Below the pieces are notes generated by a model, which was not told the origin of the DNA, did not search any database, and was given only the letters and a program-made list of their open reading frames with translations. A stretch of 64,000 nt of DNA from Yuukianura sp. NJ FZ-2021 (Eukaryota), in the NCBI GenBank assembly GCA_046563655.1, contig CM102285.1, positions 13,888,001 to 13,952,000 of the forward strand. The letters are read 5' to 3'. Shown here piece by piece: positions 1 through 13,004 of this stretch. The translations under genes and the position numbers were made by a program. Numbering within the stretch: position 1 is the stretch's first letter; each line of letters begins with the position of its first letter.

Positions 1-2408
1 AAACTTCGGTTTTTTCTCCGCAGTGCAGCAGGTGAGCCGGCTCTTACTCGGAACCGAAATTCGGAAACTGCGGAAGATCTTTTCAAACCGAGAGGTAATT
101 GAAGTTAATTTATACTCCATTTAAAATTTACTAAGTTTTAGTTAGCTATACTCCTAAATATCTCCAGTTTCAGTCGGCTTTATTGGTCTTGCGAAATCAG
201 TACTATGTAAAGAATTTAGGAAATTCGCCAAAAATGGGTGCAGATTTTTTGAATTTCAATTTGGATTAAATTTAACACTGCACTGGGCTGAAATAGTATG
301 CATGGGAGTAGGTGCAGCTTAATTAATCAACTTCCTAATTAACATCAATTAGTTTTTAAGGGAGAGAATTCAGTAGAAACGAAATCCGCATGAGAGTAGT
401 GTGGCAAGCAGAGTTGAATTTTAGAGCGACAAAAAGAATTCGCCCTTCGATGTTTATTTTTTGAGTTTGCACAGCTGAAGCATCAAAGCTTTGAAAAAAA
501 AGTTAACAAAACAGTAAACAAGGCATAATCAACTAATTTTATCCAATCATTGACGTTAACTTAATTACTTTACATTCAATTAGTTTAGTTAACTAGCTAG
601 TTACTAGTGAGACGAACTGCTGATCACTGCTGACTAAAGTGTGCCTTTGGAATTTCGTCCAACCAACGTTCCCTTTGGTATGTAATTCTTCACTTTTTAT
701 TTATTGCGTGGCATGGGACTATAATACAGACTTTACTTGGACTTTAATTAATTTGACCTCGTAAGGTCACTAACTTACAACATCCTTACCGTGAGGAGTG
801 TTTGGATTACTAATTAGTACCTTCTTGCTCTTAAGTTGATCCACGGAATGTGTTAGGTTGCTCATCATCCCTCACATGTTCTGTTTCAAAACAAGTTTAA
901 CGTATGAGTGTATGGGCGGTCTTGAGCAGAGATCGGATAAATCTAAAAATAGAAAGTGCAGATCACCCTTCTAGTGTTTATACTAAAGGGAGAATGGGTT
1001 TTTATTAGTTGATTCTTTAGGCTCTTAAGTCATTCATTCCTGCATTGTTTATTCTAGTAGGCTTTCTGGAGTAAGCAGTGAAACATCTAATGGGCTCAAG
1101 GAAAAGTCAGCTTTCTACGATCCATTAGTTCTCGTAGACGACACACAACCAAGATAAGAGTGACAACAGATTGACATTGACGGAACGCGGCTTCTGGCAC
1201 CCTGCCAAGCGCCTAGGCTTGTCAGTAATTAGACGGCGTATTGTGAAAAAAAAACAACCAAGGCGACTGTTTTTAAGCAGGCATTACCTAAGTGGATCTT
1301 ATAAAGCTAAATTGTGAATCTGAAAGTGATATATCACACATTACGAAAAGGGCTGTGGCGACAGAAGTTGCGGTTGGTTGATTTATGCATTGAGATTTTT
1401 ATTTTGTACAATTTAACAGGAACTACGGTGATACATCTTGGTACTGCACTGCTGCTGCCATTGGTCGCTAAGTAATTTGGAATTCTATCAGCACCAGCAC
1501 CTTAGTACGATTTGAAAGCACAAAGAAATGAATGCTCATGGGCAGAAATAAATCCTGAAGCCAACTATCGTCACGTCTCTTTTTACGCCAACGATTGAAT
1601 CAATGAAGAACAGCCAGCAGTGAAGTAAAGTGTGTGGACGGAACCTTTTCTTCCTGTGTCTTCCCACTTCACCTCCAACCACTTAATTCTACAAGATTAA
1701 CGGACCTAATTCGTCTCTGCTCGGCGCACCGCCGCTTTCACTTTCATGTTATACTCTTGTGTTGAAATATTGATGACATTCAGCAACTACCACCACCGCA
1801 ACTCATGAATTGTTCCGTTCGTTTTAGCTCAAAACTTACCAACAGCACAGCAGCACATCTAGCTCAACCAACATCAATTCAACCAGCACTTCTAACTCAA
1901 CCAACATCATCTCAAGCAGCACATCCAGTTCAACCAGCACCAGCACATCCAGCACAACTCGCCAGCATCAGAATCGTTGAGAAGTGAAGTGTACGTGTCG
2001 CTTGTCCGTTAACGTCGGAGAGGAAACCGCGAAACCAAGGTGGCACTACTTTCGTGTTGCTGCTGCCTCAAGCGCTGCTGTCTTTTAAGAAGGTGACAAC
2101 CACGACGCTGTCACGCAAATAAATTAGAAGAGCTGCTGGTGTTGTAATATTTTGTAAGCCAAAGTGACACAAGTGGATCGAAATTAATAATACAAGACTA
2201 TTAAGATCCTACAAAATCCATCCAGAAAACCATATCTCTTCTTCCTCTTTAGAAGACACGAAGACAACAAAGCAATAACGAGACAGCAAATCTACCACCG
2301 TCACCACAACTAATACTTGCCCAGCATATCACCGTCTAGCACCGTCACAAGTGATACTTGCCCAGTATATCACCCGGAATGAACATTTAACCAAGTTTTC
2401 TTAGAGGT

Positions 2409-5400
2409 ATGACCATGGATGTAAGTACAATCGACTCAACTAGTTCTACTGCCCATTCGGCTTGGTCAGCCACTGGAGGTGGGACGTCGACTCTCGGTGG
2501 CGGGAGATGTGGGCCCTTGGAAGTGCTCATTAAGGGCCAATGGCACCGTATTTTGGCCTCATTAGAAGGCCAGTACCTCTGTCTCAGCCTGTACGATTTA
2601 GAAGACCTGTCAGCTGGACTTAATGGCCACAATAATGGAGGAGGCACAGGTACAAGCAGTAGCAATGGCACTGGAACGTGCTTGTCTTCGGGTTCTGGAC
2701 ATGGGGCGAAATCAGGCACTATTACTGGAAATACTGGCAGTATTACTGGAAATACTGGCAGTATGGACAGGACACAGCAAGATACTGGAGCAGTGGAGCC
2801 AAATACCCCGAGTGAAGCACGGTCAGTTCGTGTGGTGAAGACGGAGAAAAATGGACTTGGAATTTCAATCAAAGGGGGCAAGGAAAACCGAATGCCGATT
2901 CTCATTTCCAAAATTTTCAAGGTGACCTCTGAAATTAAAAATTTCAAAATTCAAATTTCAAAATTTGGAAAAAAGGTGACATAAAATGGAAATTGGTTGT
3001 TTTTGTAATAGGGAATGGCAGCTGACAAAACTGGGCAATTATTTGTGGGTGATGCTATCCTGTCAGTCAACGGTAAGTGAAATTACTACTTTTCAGCAGT
3101 CGTGACACGTTAAATTGTCGGTTGAAGATGAAGGGCTATGATTAAAGTTGAATTTTGAATTATAAAACTTTGATTGCAAACTTTTTGAAAACTTAGGTGA
3201 GGATTTACGTAACGCTACGCACGATGAAGCTGTCAAGGCGCTCAAACGAGCTGGCCAAATTGTCGACCTAACGGGTACGTCACATGACCAAACTAAAAAC
3301 TCATTTTCTCCAAAAAAGGAAAGAAACCGCTAAAGTATTTTTTAAATGTTGTCAAGTATTTTGCCCAGCATTTTATTAATTTCTGTCTGTTTTTAGTGAA
3401 ATACTTGAAGGAAGTGACTCCATACTTCCGAAAAGCGTCGCTTCTGGCCGAACTTGGGTGGGATCTACAAAAAGAGTACATGTCCGGAGAGGGTGACGAT
3501 TCCAGTAGGATTCTAAATGGTGACAAGAATGGCCTCGGTCCTCTACCCGGTCCACCACCAGACTCTTCCTATTCACGATCCGATACCCGCTGTGTACCTC
3601 TGACTCTAGCCCTCCTAGCAACAAATTTCCGCCATGTTGACCCTGGTGAGCTCAGCAATAATTGAATTAAAGTTCCTGATTTATGAAATTCTTAATTACT
3701 TTTTCATATTTTTAGAACGTCGAACGTTGGAACTTTACTCCCCGGACGGCGTGCACAGTTTAGTACTAAAAGCGAGGACGACTGCGCAATGTCAAGCTTG
3801 GATTTCTGGTCTGAGCAATACACTGGCTGAGTCGACTGAGTTGGCGCTGATGAGAGCCAACTTGTCAGTCGTCGAAGTTCTAGAAAGCAAAGCAAGGCAT
3901 ATGGGATGGCTCCTCAAAAGTAGCGGAACGGATTCCTCAACAAGCAATTCACTAAAAGTTAGTCTCAAAACTTCTCGTTAGTCTCAAAATTTCATGCTAG
4001 TCTCCTCAATATGCTAATCAAAAAATTTCATGCTATGTAGTCTTAAAATTTCATGCTTGTCGCGACATGCTAATCTCATTTCATTTTTGTGTCACCTACA
4101 GTTGTCATGCTTCGGTTCGCTTAAGCCCTGAAATGCACAACATTAATTGTTTTTTTTTGTGTTATTTTTAGAGTCGAAGTACATCTTCAGATGGTGAAGA
4201 CGCGACTAGTGCCACATGGACCCCAACATTCGTCGTCATAAGTGACAAGGAGCTGCGTCTGTACTCGTCACCTCCTTGGTCACTCGCGGCCTGGGCCAAT
4301 CCCTTTGAAACCTGGCCACTCCTCACCACTAGGTTAGTGTTATACATTATACATGCTTAAATGTACAGTTTATACATGCATACATGCTTAAATGTAAAGT
4401 TTATACATGTATAAGTTATACATTTTGGCACGGATTTGACAAATCAGGCAGCAACACCCTAAACCTCTTACGCGCCAATTGTCATATCCATCAGAACCAT
4501 TTTTCGCGGGTGTTCAAATTAGTTGTAACCTGCCAAGCTACTTAAAATTTTTTTGGCAAACGATGAGACACAGATGAGGTATGACGATGAAATGCTGTTT
4601 TTTGGTCTTGAGTGTTGAGAAGTTTTGCAAAATGGGACTTTTGGTGCGTGTCCAACTTTTTATATCATGTTTTTGTCCACATGTTCTGGTTTTAATTACC
4701 GTGTAGAACATCGATCAATTTCAGCCGCAACTAAGAAGTTTTTGTTTAATTTTTTAAGTTTGTTGTGTTTTTACTAATTTTTGTTTTGTTTTTAGATTAG
4801 TAAATTCTTCCTGCCGAACCTCCTCCGGTGCGTCCCCTGGTGCGAGAGACTTCATAACTTTCCATATCCGGATTGGCACTCCGTCTGGATTGGTCAACGT
4901 TCTGTACCGAACGGAGACGCAGAAGGATCTTGTCAACTGGGCCAGAAGTATCGTTCAGTCTTCTCATGATGCTGCGGCTACCCAGAAAGAACTCTTTTGC
5001 AGTAAGAATTTTGCTAAAAGTACTATGAAGATGGATGAGGAGTGAGAAAAATGTGTGTTTTTTTTTATTTCAGAGTGCAGTTGGAAAGGAGAAGCGTGCC
5101 AATTGAAAATCCATTACGAAGATGGCTTTGTGTTGACAGAGATACCAAAATCTGAGAATGATAAACCAAGAATACTTTGGCAGTATCCTTATACCCAACT
5201 CAGAGCATCGGCAGACGATGGGTCTCATCTGTTATGGCTTGACTTTGGAACGGAAGATGGCGAAAAAGTAAACTTGACGATTGATATTACACTTTTTTTC
5301 GAGGAATTTTTCATTTTCTTGCAAGTTTTGTATCTAATTTTTCAATTCAATAGGAATTGGATCTCCACGGGTGTCCGAAACCTTTGGTTTTCATCTTACA

Positions 5401-5446
5401 CACTTTTCTGTCTGCCAAAATCGGAAGACTGGGCGTTGTCGCTTGA
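2409..5446 (+). CDS. Syn1: Syntrophin (alpha/beta type, Syn1-like), multi-exon
   Basis: Split PH domain with embedded PDZ ([74 protein letters not shown]), a second PH domain, and a C-terminal syntrophin-unique domain ([16 protein letters not shown]...[30 protein letters not shown]). GT-AG introns keep frame; TGA at 5444-5446. Confidence 0.92.
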
Positions 5447-7462
5447 GGGAGTTCCTGGATAAACATAAGACTTTTACCACATCAAACAACACACAAACCG
5501 CACTGAAAACTCCTTACGTGCCAAAGGAAACCAGAATGCAGCCTCACGGTTTCACTCATTTCTTGGCAATGTTACCAAAGAGCCGCCGACTGCGATGAAA
5601 CTTGACAACGAGACGAATGGAGTTTCATACTTTAGATGAAGAAACATATCTACTTGAGCCACATGGACTTAAGATCCTTAAAACGTCTTTCTTTTCTTCC
5701 AACCAAAGAGTGTATCCAACCATCTTAGATCTGAATTTATGTAAAAACTTAATTCCCACCAACTAACTCTCAAGACTACATTCTCCAATACCCCTTAACT
5801 TAAGGACAATGAGAGGCAAGTATCCGAGGAAAGTATCTCCGGTCGATAAAAGTATCGAGTATCGAATATCAAGTATCTCAGTAATGGATAAAACCCATTT
5901 CCGTTAATGTTTCTTTGTCCAGTTAGGAAATTAAAATCAAACCGTAACTCCTGTGCCTTAAAATGAGTATGTTACGATTAAGAATGTACTCCAACTTAAG
6001 TTTCCTTGTAAGATTTTTAGAATTGAGCATATCTAACTAATTATCACTGTTAAGTGGAAATGGATGGTAGCTAAGATATTTATCGGTCTCATCTAAATAG
6101 ACTTTTAAGCAGAATACTTAGGGATTACTTTTACGTAATACTTTCAATACAGTGAATTATGTAACTATTAAGTTCTTATGAGGATGAGAGGTTAACCTTA
6201 TTGTTATTGTCAACTTATTTCCAATTGGAAGGTGTATCGATGTAAACTGCTTCCTTAGCTTTACTTAAATTCCAGTTTCTCAATCTTTTTACTGGTGCAT
6301 TTTACATTGTAAACCTGTTAGTGAAAGAAAGTGCAGGTAAAGAATAAATTCAAAATGGAATCTTATTAGAAGTGTACACACTGTTCACCATGATTACAAA
6401 AGTACAAGCCGTTTGGTAGAAACGATAACGATAAAGCATCTTCTTGGGTGTGTGTTGAGTTTAGCAGGCTAATCTCGGTTGCTGAGGAAGAAGTAGACCG
6501 AATCGCTGCTTCACAATTATCCTCTCCCTGGAATACTTGTCTTCCGGTGAAAATCGAGCTACAAACGACAAAAAATCGTAGTAAGTTAATACAACTATAC
6601 TTTTAGTTTTAACCTAACTTTTAACTTATCGTCCATTCCATTATCCTAGTAAATTTCCTAGTCGTTTGAATGCTAAGTTTTACCTGGATGTGCTGAAAGT
6701 GTGGCATTTCCTTTTGGATCCTCCTTCTGTAAATTCAGTACGCAGATTGAAAAATCAAAAGATTTCTAAGTTCTTTCAGTGCAATTTTTACTTTTAATTT
6801 ACCTTTAGTGTGTACACTCTCTCTCCTTGCTCGTTCAAGTAGTACATGAGATGCATTCTGGAAGATACTAATTAACTGCTGATTGATTCCAGTTAAGTTC
6901 GGTTGCTCCTCTTTCTTGATTTAGTGCTGAAACGAATAAACGAACCGATAAACTTAAATCCAGTGAATTCCAAATTCAAAGCCAAACACGCGGTTTTGTA
7001 TAGAAAATTTCTAGAAAAAACAAAAATAACAAATTTTGTGCAAAAATCTCCGTGCGCATGTGCTAACATTTGGATTCAAATTTTTATGTTTTTTTTTCTA
7101 GCGCGGTGGTGGCAGTGGGAAATTTGAGACGACAAGAAAAAAACGCGGGATTTTCCCCGCCAAATTCAAACAGTCAAACAAACTCGAATAAGAAAAACAC
7201 AAAAGACAAAAGAAAGTAAAAAGTAAACGGAAGAAAAGATTTTAACTACAAATTCCGTCCGTTTCTTTTGTCAGTTGCTTCAGCTGTCCTTATTGCTCGT
7301 CTGCTTGCACCTTTTGTATTTCGTCGTCCTAACGTCCACCAGTACTTTCTGTCCAGTGTTTAGCTCTCATTCTTCATGCACGTTAGATAACATCTGACCT
7401 CGGTTGGTACAAACGCAAAACGAAAGGGAGACAAGTCCGTTGTCACTTGTCTCAAGGTCAAG

Positions 7463-10400
7463 ATGCCATCGTTCGTTGGTACTCCGGTGATCATCACACC
7501 GATGGCTGCTGATCGGCACAAACTTCCTTCTGACCCCCATGGGGTAGAGATTCTGTACAAAAACTGCTTGGATATGTATCAAACAAAGGTGAAAAGTCAA
7601 AGTTATTGTTTAAAGAACGATTTTTTTAACATTTATTTTTGTTGACTGATTTCTAGAAAATTACTCTCAGCAATGCCTTCAGTTTGAAAATCCTCGACTG
7701 TTTGTCAGAGCTTGTGCACAGTCCGGGCTTTGATGTCACCAACATGCAGGTTATGCTTCTCTCCAAAATTTCTAGACATGATCAAATCAAAAAGCATTTG
7801 TAATCAATACCAATTTGTATCCATTTTTAGATGGTCGGACGCACTTTGGAAATGGGGACGAAAATTTATGTATGTCGAGTAGACGATACTTATGAAATGG
7901 TCATGGGCCTAGCGAAGCGAATCGGAGTCAAAGGAAAAGCTATGGAGAGACATCGGAGATTGTCAGAGCAGCAGCGTGAAGCTGAAGATGGACAAGAGGA
8001 CATGGAGCTCGGTGACAACGAAGTGGATGAAAACGGGGAGCCCATTTTCCCGAAAGACAAGAAGAAAAAAGAACGAAAGAGGCACAAAGGGAACTTTGTG
8101 TCTTCCAAGGAGAAAATCCGGATGGTATTTCCAGAAAAAGTTGAAAAGTATGCAGATCGTCAAGCACGAGTGAGAGAAATCTTTACCAAACTGAAAGAAA
8201 CTAGACAACCGGTTCCACAGTCTGAGTAATTGAATTTTACCTAGTAAACGGCGTTACATAGAACTCTAAAATGTTTAAAATTATTAGGTTCGAGTCACCG
8301 GGAAGTGCCGAGGGAGCAGCAGTTGGCGATACTGCCGAGAGTCTTTCTAAAGTTCACAAGTTTCCTGAAGCCTTCATCAAAAGTAATTGAAAATTTAACA
8401 TTTTTTTATACAGTTTGTAAGAACACAATTACAAAAAGTTGTAAAAACATTTTTTTGAAGCTTATGACTTTTTTTTATGAACAGCTGAGCTGGGCTGTAA
8501 AATTCAGTTTCTACAGTTCGTCTGGCTTCCGAGCAATGTCGTCTACAATCAAGACATTTACGATGCTTGGGTAAGTTACAAATAAAACTGGCAGTACAAT
8601 TCAATTCAAATTACTGAATTTTTTGTGGAATTTCAGGGCCGTTCCCGGGAGGCTCTTGCAGCTATGCAAGTGCAAGAAGAGCGTCAGAATGCTTTGAGTC
8701 AAAGTCAAAGGACTTTGTCTAACGGAGGCGATCTGCATGACATCGGAGGCGGAGGAGACGAGTACCAGTTCGATGCAAACGCAGTTGTTGACTACCAGGA
8801 TGACCTTGGAGCAGAACATTTTGGCTACAATGGAGAAAGTGAGCGGGAAGAAGAACCTGAAGGTCGACTTCCCGATTTGAGTCAAATTAAAACCTTTGCT
8901 CAGCTCAAAGAATTTTACGAAGCTCTTCGTGCACTTGGGGAGACCAAGAAATTGACGTTTAGTTGGGCTGGACCGCCTTTTTTGCGAAACCGATTGGGTT
9001 CACGTACTGCAACAGGTAAACTTAATAGCTCAATTCTCAAGACTTTTTATGAAGGTGAAAGTTGATGATTGCTAACATGAACGAACATGACGTTTCATGA
9101 TTTTTGTTGCAGCAACTTCTGACAAGAGAACACGAACAAAGAAAGTTGCATCGAAGGTGGAATTATTCGAAATGGATTGGGATGAAGAAACGACTAACTT
9201 CAAAACGATGCGGTCCGGAAAACTTGAGTATGACGATGTAGCTATGGATAAATTGTTGAAGTCCATGGAGTCTTCGGGTGGTCCTCCCAATTTGGTGGAA
9301 GATGCTGTTGACATGTTTGAAGAAGACGAGTACCTGGATGTTCTATCGATGAGTAGTAACGCACACCCTGAAGTGGACAAGTTCATGATGTTGTTCACCG
9401 ATCCGTCCTGGAATATCCTCAAAATATTTGACTATAGACTTAACCACAATAGAGAACAAAGTCAGTACTCTGATAGTTCTGGATGCAGTGATGGCATGAA
9501 TGACTATGACTTTGAAGGCGGACCAAGATCCCAGTTTGAAGAAGGAGAAGACTACTGCTCACGCGTAACTTTTTATGAAAAATTTCAAAAATTTCACCAA
9601 GTTTTCCAACTCGGGATGTTAGTTTTTCCTCATGTTTTTTATTTTTTTTGAATTCTAGTCCCAGTCAATGATTGATCCGGATTTGGGTGGGGGCGATCAA
9701 GCTCAACTTCCTCTAACTGGAATCATGAACTGTACGAATTTGTTTCGTGATTTTCATTTTTTGCGGATTTTGAAAAAGTTTTAATCTAATTTTTGAAAAT
9801 TTTTCTGTAGTGGAAACATTCCTTAGCGTCTTTCCAACAATTACACATACCGAAAACGCCGAGTACGAGGACTTCATGGGAGCTGTAAGCTCAAATATAA
9901 CAAAAACGTTTTACTGAAAATTTTTTACTTTGACTGAAAATTTTTCGAATAAAAATTTTTACTGAAATTTTTTTTACTCTTTTCTAGGTCGCTGATTCCG
10001 AGGGAATCAAGTACGCCAAGCATCCGAAGCCAATCAACATGAAGAATCTGAAGCACACGATTCTGAAGATCTTGCGTAACAAATTGGCTCTTGACGTAAG
10101 CTTTTAGTTAAAAAATCGTTGACCTTTGACCTTGAATGATGTTTTTAACTTGTTCTTTCATCCGTAGGCTAACAATCAACCTACCGAGGACGAGGACATG
10201 TCAACTGACATTCTGAGTCTGCTCATCGAAGTGTTCAAGCGAGCTGACCAGAAGACGGCTCGTTTCCTGTCGACGTCTCTTCTCTTCCTGTCGCTGCTGC
10301 ATGTTGCGGCTGAAGTGGGTCTGTTTCTGGAAAAGATGGACGGGAAACTGGAGAACGTGAGTATCACGGCACGCGGGAAGAACTGGGATCCCAAACAACA

Positions 10401-10659
10401 CATTCCGTCTCTACTGGGCCGAAGTTCTATTGAATCGGAGTCGAACAAAACTCGGTCCCACGGTGGTGCAGAAGTGACCTTGAATGGACATGACAAACAA
10501 CAGGATAAGCAAATGGAGGTGGATGTACTGGATGTGCTTCCTAACGGTGATGATGCTGGAGGGGGAGGAAGTGAGGGGGCGGAGAGTGAAAAAGAAAACG
10601 AGATGGTGGTGGACGTATTTCAGAAGAGCATGGATATTGATCAAGGGGTTTTAGCATGA
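7463..10659 (+). CDS. Condensin complex subunit 2 (CAP-H/Barren-like kleisin), divergent, multi-exon
   Basis: N-terminal kleisin-like motifs LYKNCLDMYQTK|KITLSNAFSLKILD and TNMQ|MVGRTLEMGTKIYVCRVDDTY resemble CAP-H KIxxxNAFxLxLID and TLDASxKIYxxRVD. The C-terminal LSTSLLFLSLLHVAAEVGLFL resembles CAP-H LSxxxAFxxLLHLANE. The middle is acidic and probably disordered. Confidence 0.75.
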
Positions 10660-10677
10660 ATGGGTAATTAGTTACGG

Positions 10678-10785
10678 ATGGATATCTCAATACCGGCTAT
10701 CCCTGGATATCTCGATAATAGTTATCGTCGGATATCGCAATAATAGATATCCCTGGATATGGTGATAATATCGGGATATCGAGTG
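10678..10785. repeat. Degenerate GATATC-rich tandem repeat in the 3' region after the kleisin stop
   Basis: Repeated ggatatc / tatccctggatat / ataatag units with ~20-25-bp spacing. Confidence 0.55.
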
Positions 10786-11361
10786 GATTATTGCACGCGG
10801 TTAAGGGTTAACTATACACAGAATAAATTTCGTAAGTATCTTCTTTATCTTTTTATCTTATGCGGTTACTTTATACTTTTATCTTCTTTTACTTAAAATT
10901 ACACTTGTTTACGTGCCTTTTACTGAACCATAACTTGTATACTTATCTTAAAATTAAATTCTGCTTAAAATAGTCTTCATTTTTAACTTGTGTGGATTTC
11001 TTTTCTTTTTTAGTTTTTTGAAAGTGTTGTTTTACGAAATGGTATTTTGTGAATGAGAGGGTTGGTAAAGTGCATCTCTCTGTTTGTTTTCAAGGATAAA
11101 AAATAAAATAGTTTTTTAAAAAACTGGGAAGGTCATAAGGTCAATTTTATTAACTTTCTCTGATTCACCTTTGTCTAAACAAGTTTCAAGGAAATTGATT
11201 TATCCTAGAATTAGATAATAGAAATAGATAAAAGTATTTTGTCATGATTAGCAATTATAGTAAATTGGAAAGTAAAAGTTAAATCACTGGGGGTTGTTTC
11301 GGAACTTTCGTTTTAACCTTAGTTTTAACGCTGATTAACTTTGGTTTTAACTTTGGTTATT

Positions 11362-13004
11362 TTATAGTTGAGTTCCCTGGATGGTCGGAATGAGAGCGGA
11401 AACGAATCTGTTGAGATCAGTTTCTCGACTGCTGGCAGTTTCCATTACTTCTTCATGGGAAGCCTCTTCCTCCACATCCTAACAACAATAATTTAAGTTA
11501 ATTATTCAAAAGTAATTAAAAATTATTAATTAGCTTATAATTTTTTTTTTTTTTACATATTCCAGAATGCAAGCATTCGTGATGAGGCTGAAAGAGAGGC
11601 ACCGGATTCCACAGTGTTTGGCCACAATAACCTCCGGAATTGTGCTCATGCCTGGAAAACATAACAAAGATGAGGTCAAACGAGGTCAAAGGTCAACGAT
11701 GACAATGAATTGAGAAACAGACAGTTAGTGATGACTTACCGACGGCATCGATACCGAGCATGCGCAGAGCTCTGAGTTCCGCTACCGTTTCGTAGCTCGG
11801 TCCACCCACCATGCTGTAGACTCCTTCATGCACATAGTGGTTCATACCGAGCTCACTTGCCACTTGCTTAGCCAATAGACGCAGTTTACCGTCATAGGCA
11901 CCGTTCAGCGGTGGAAATCGCGGTCCGAATCTACAAATATGACAAAAAGTGTTGAAAAGTGACAAACTTTTGCCTGGACACAACCGCAACCGCAGGTTAA
12001 TCCAAAAAATAAGCTCAAGGTCAACACTTTCACCTTGAAAAAGACAAAAACTGACCTCTCGTCATTTGGTCCTCTGAGGGCCGAGTCCCCGCCCATGCCA
12101 GGGAAGTTGACATGGTCCTTGAGGAACATAATGTCACCCACTTTGTAGTTTGGATTGAGTCCTCCAGCAGCATTCGTTACAATGAGGATTTCAATTCCCA
12201 TGAGTTTGAAGACACGAACAGGCATGGAGACCTTGGACAGAGCATAGCCTTCGTACAAATGGAAACGCCCTTTCATGCACAGCACAGGCACGGAACCCAA
12301 TTCCCCAATCACCAATTCCCCACTGTGACCCACCACGGTGGACGTGGGGAAATGGGGAATAGTGGAGTAGGGCAACTTGTCAGCATTTTCCAGAAGATTC
12401 GCAAGTCCACCTGAAAGTCAAAGTAAAAGTCAAAGGTCAACTTTTAACATAACAATATTAGCCTAAAAGTAAGCAAGAGGGAGTTTTGTGACTTTCGCTG
12501 ATTTTTAGTGACATTTTGTGATTCTTGGCTACGTTATTGTGACTTTTCGGGAAAGGTGACGTCGACTTATGGCGACAATTACATTTTGCGAGTTTGGGTG
12601 ATATGTTGTTACTTTTGGGACTTCCAATGACCTTTCTTGACTTGTTTATAACTTTTGATGACTTTTAGGGACATTTACTTACTTTAAGCTACATTTTCGG
12701 ACGACTTTAATGACATTTTGTGACTTTTGCCTTATTATTGGTGACAACGTGTGACGAAATTTTTCGACTGTTAGTGATATTTTGTGACCTTACCAAGTCC
12801 AGATCCACAAATGATGCCAATTTTGGGTCTGTGTTTGGTCTGACTGAGGACGTAGTCTGCACTTTCTTTGACAATTTCGTAAGTGTAGGGGTTGATGACG
12901 CTTCTGGAAGAATCCGAAGTATCCAGAACTCGTTCTTTGAGCGACTTAAGACCATTGTTGATCTCGACATGGTTAGTTCCGTTGCTAAACTTGAGTGAAG
13001 CCAT
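11362..13004 (-). CDS. PNP: Purine nucleoside phosphorylase (trimeric type)
   Basis: Motifs [72 protein letters not shown] and SHEEV. Stop TAA at 11362-11364. Alternative upstream exons are listed under findings. Confidence 0.95.

Noticed and set aside
1805..1987. 60-aa Q/P/A-rich ORF upstream of syntrophin
   Set aside because: Low-complexity CAA/CCAGCA repeats with no recognisable homology; probably 5' leader sequence.
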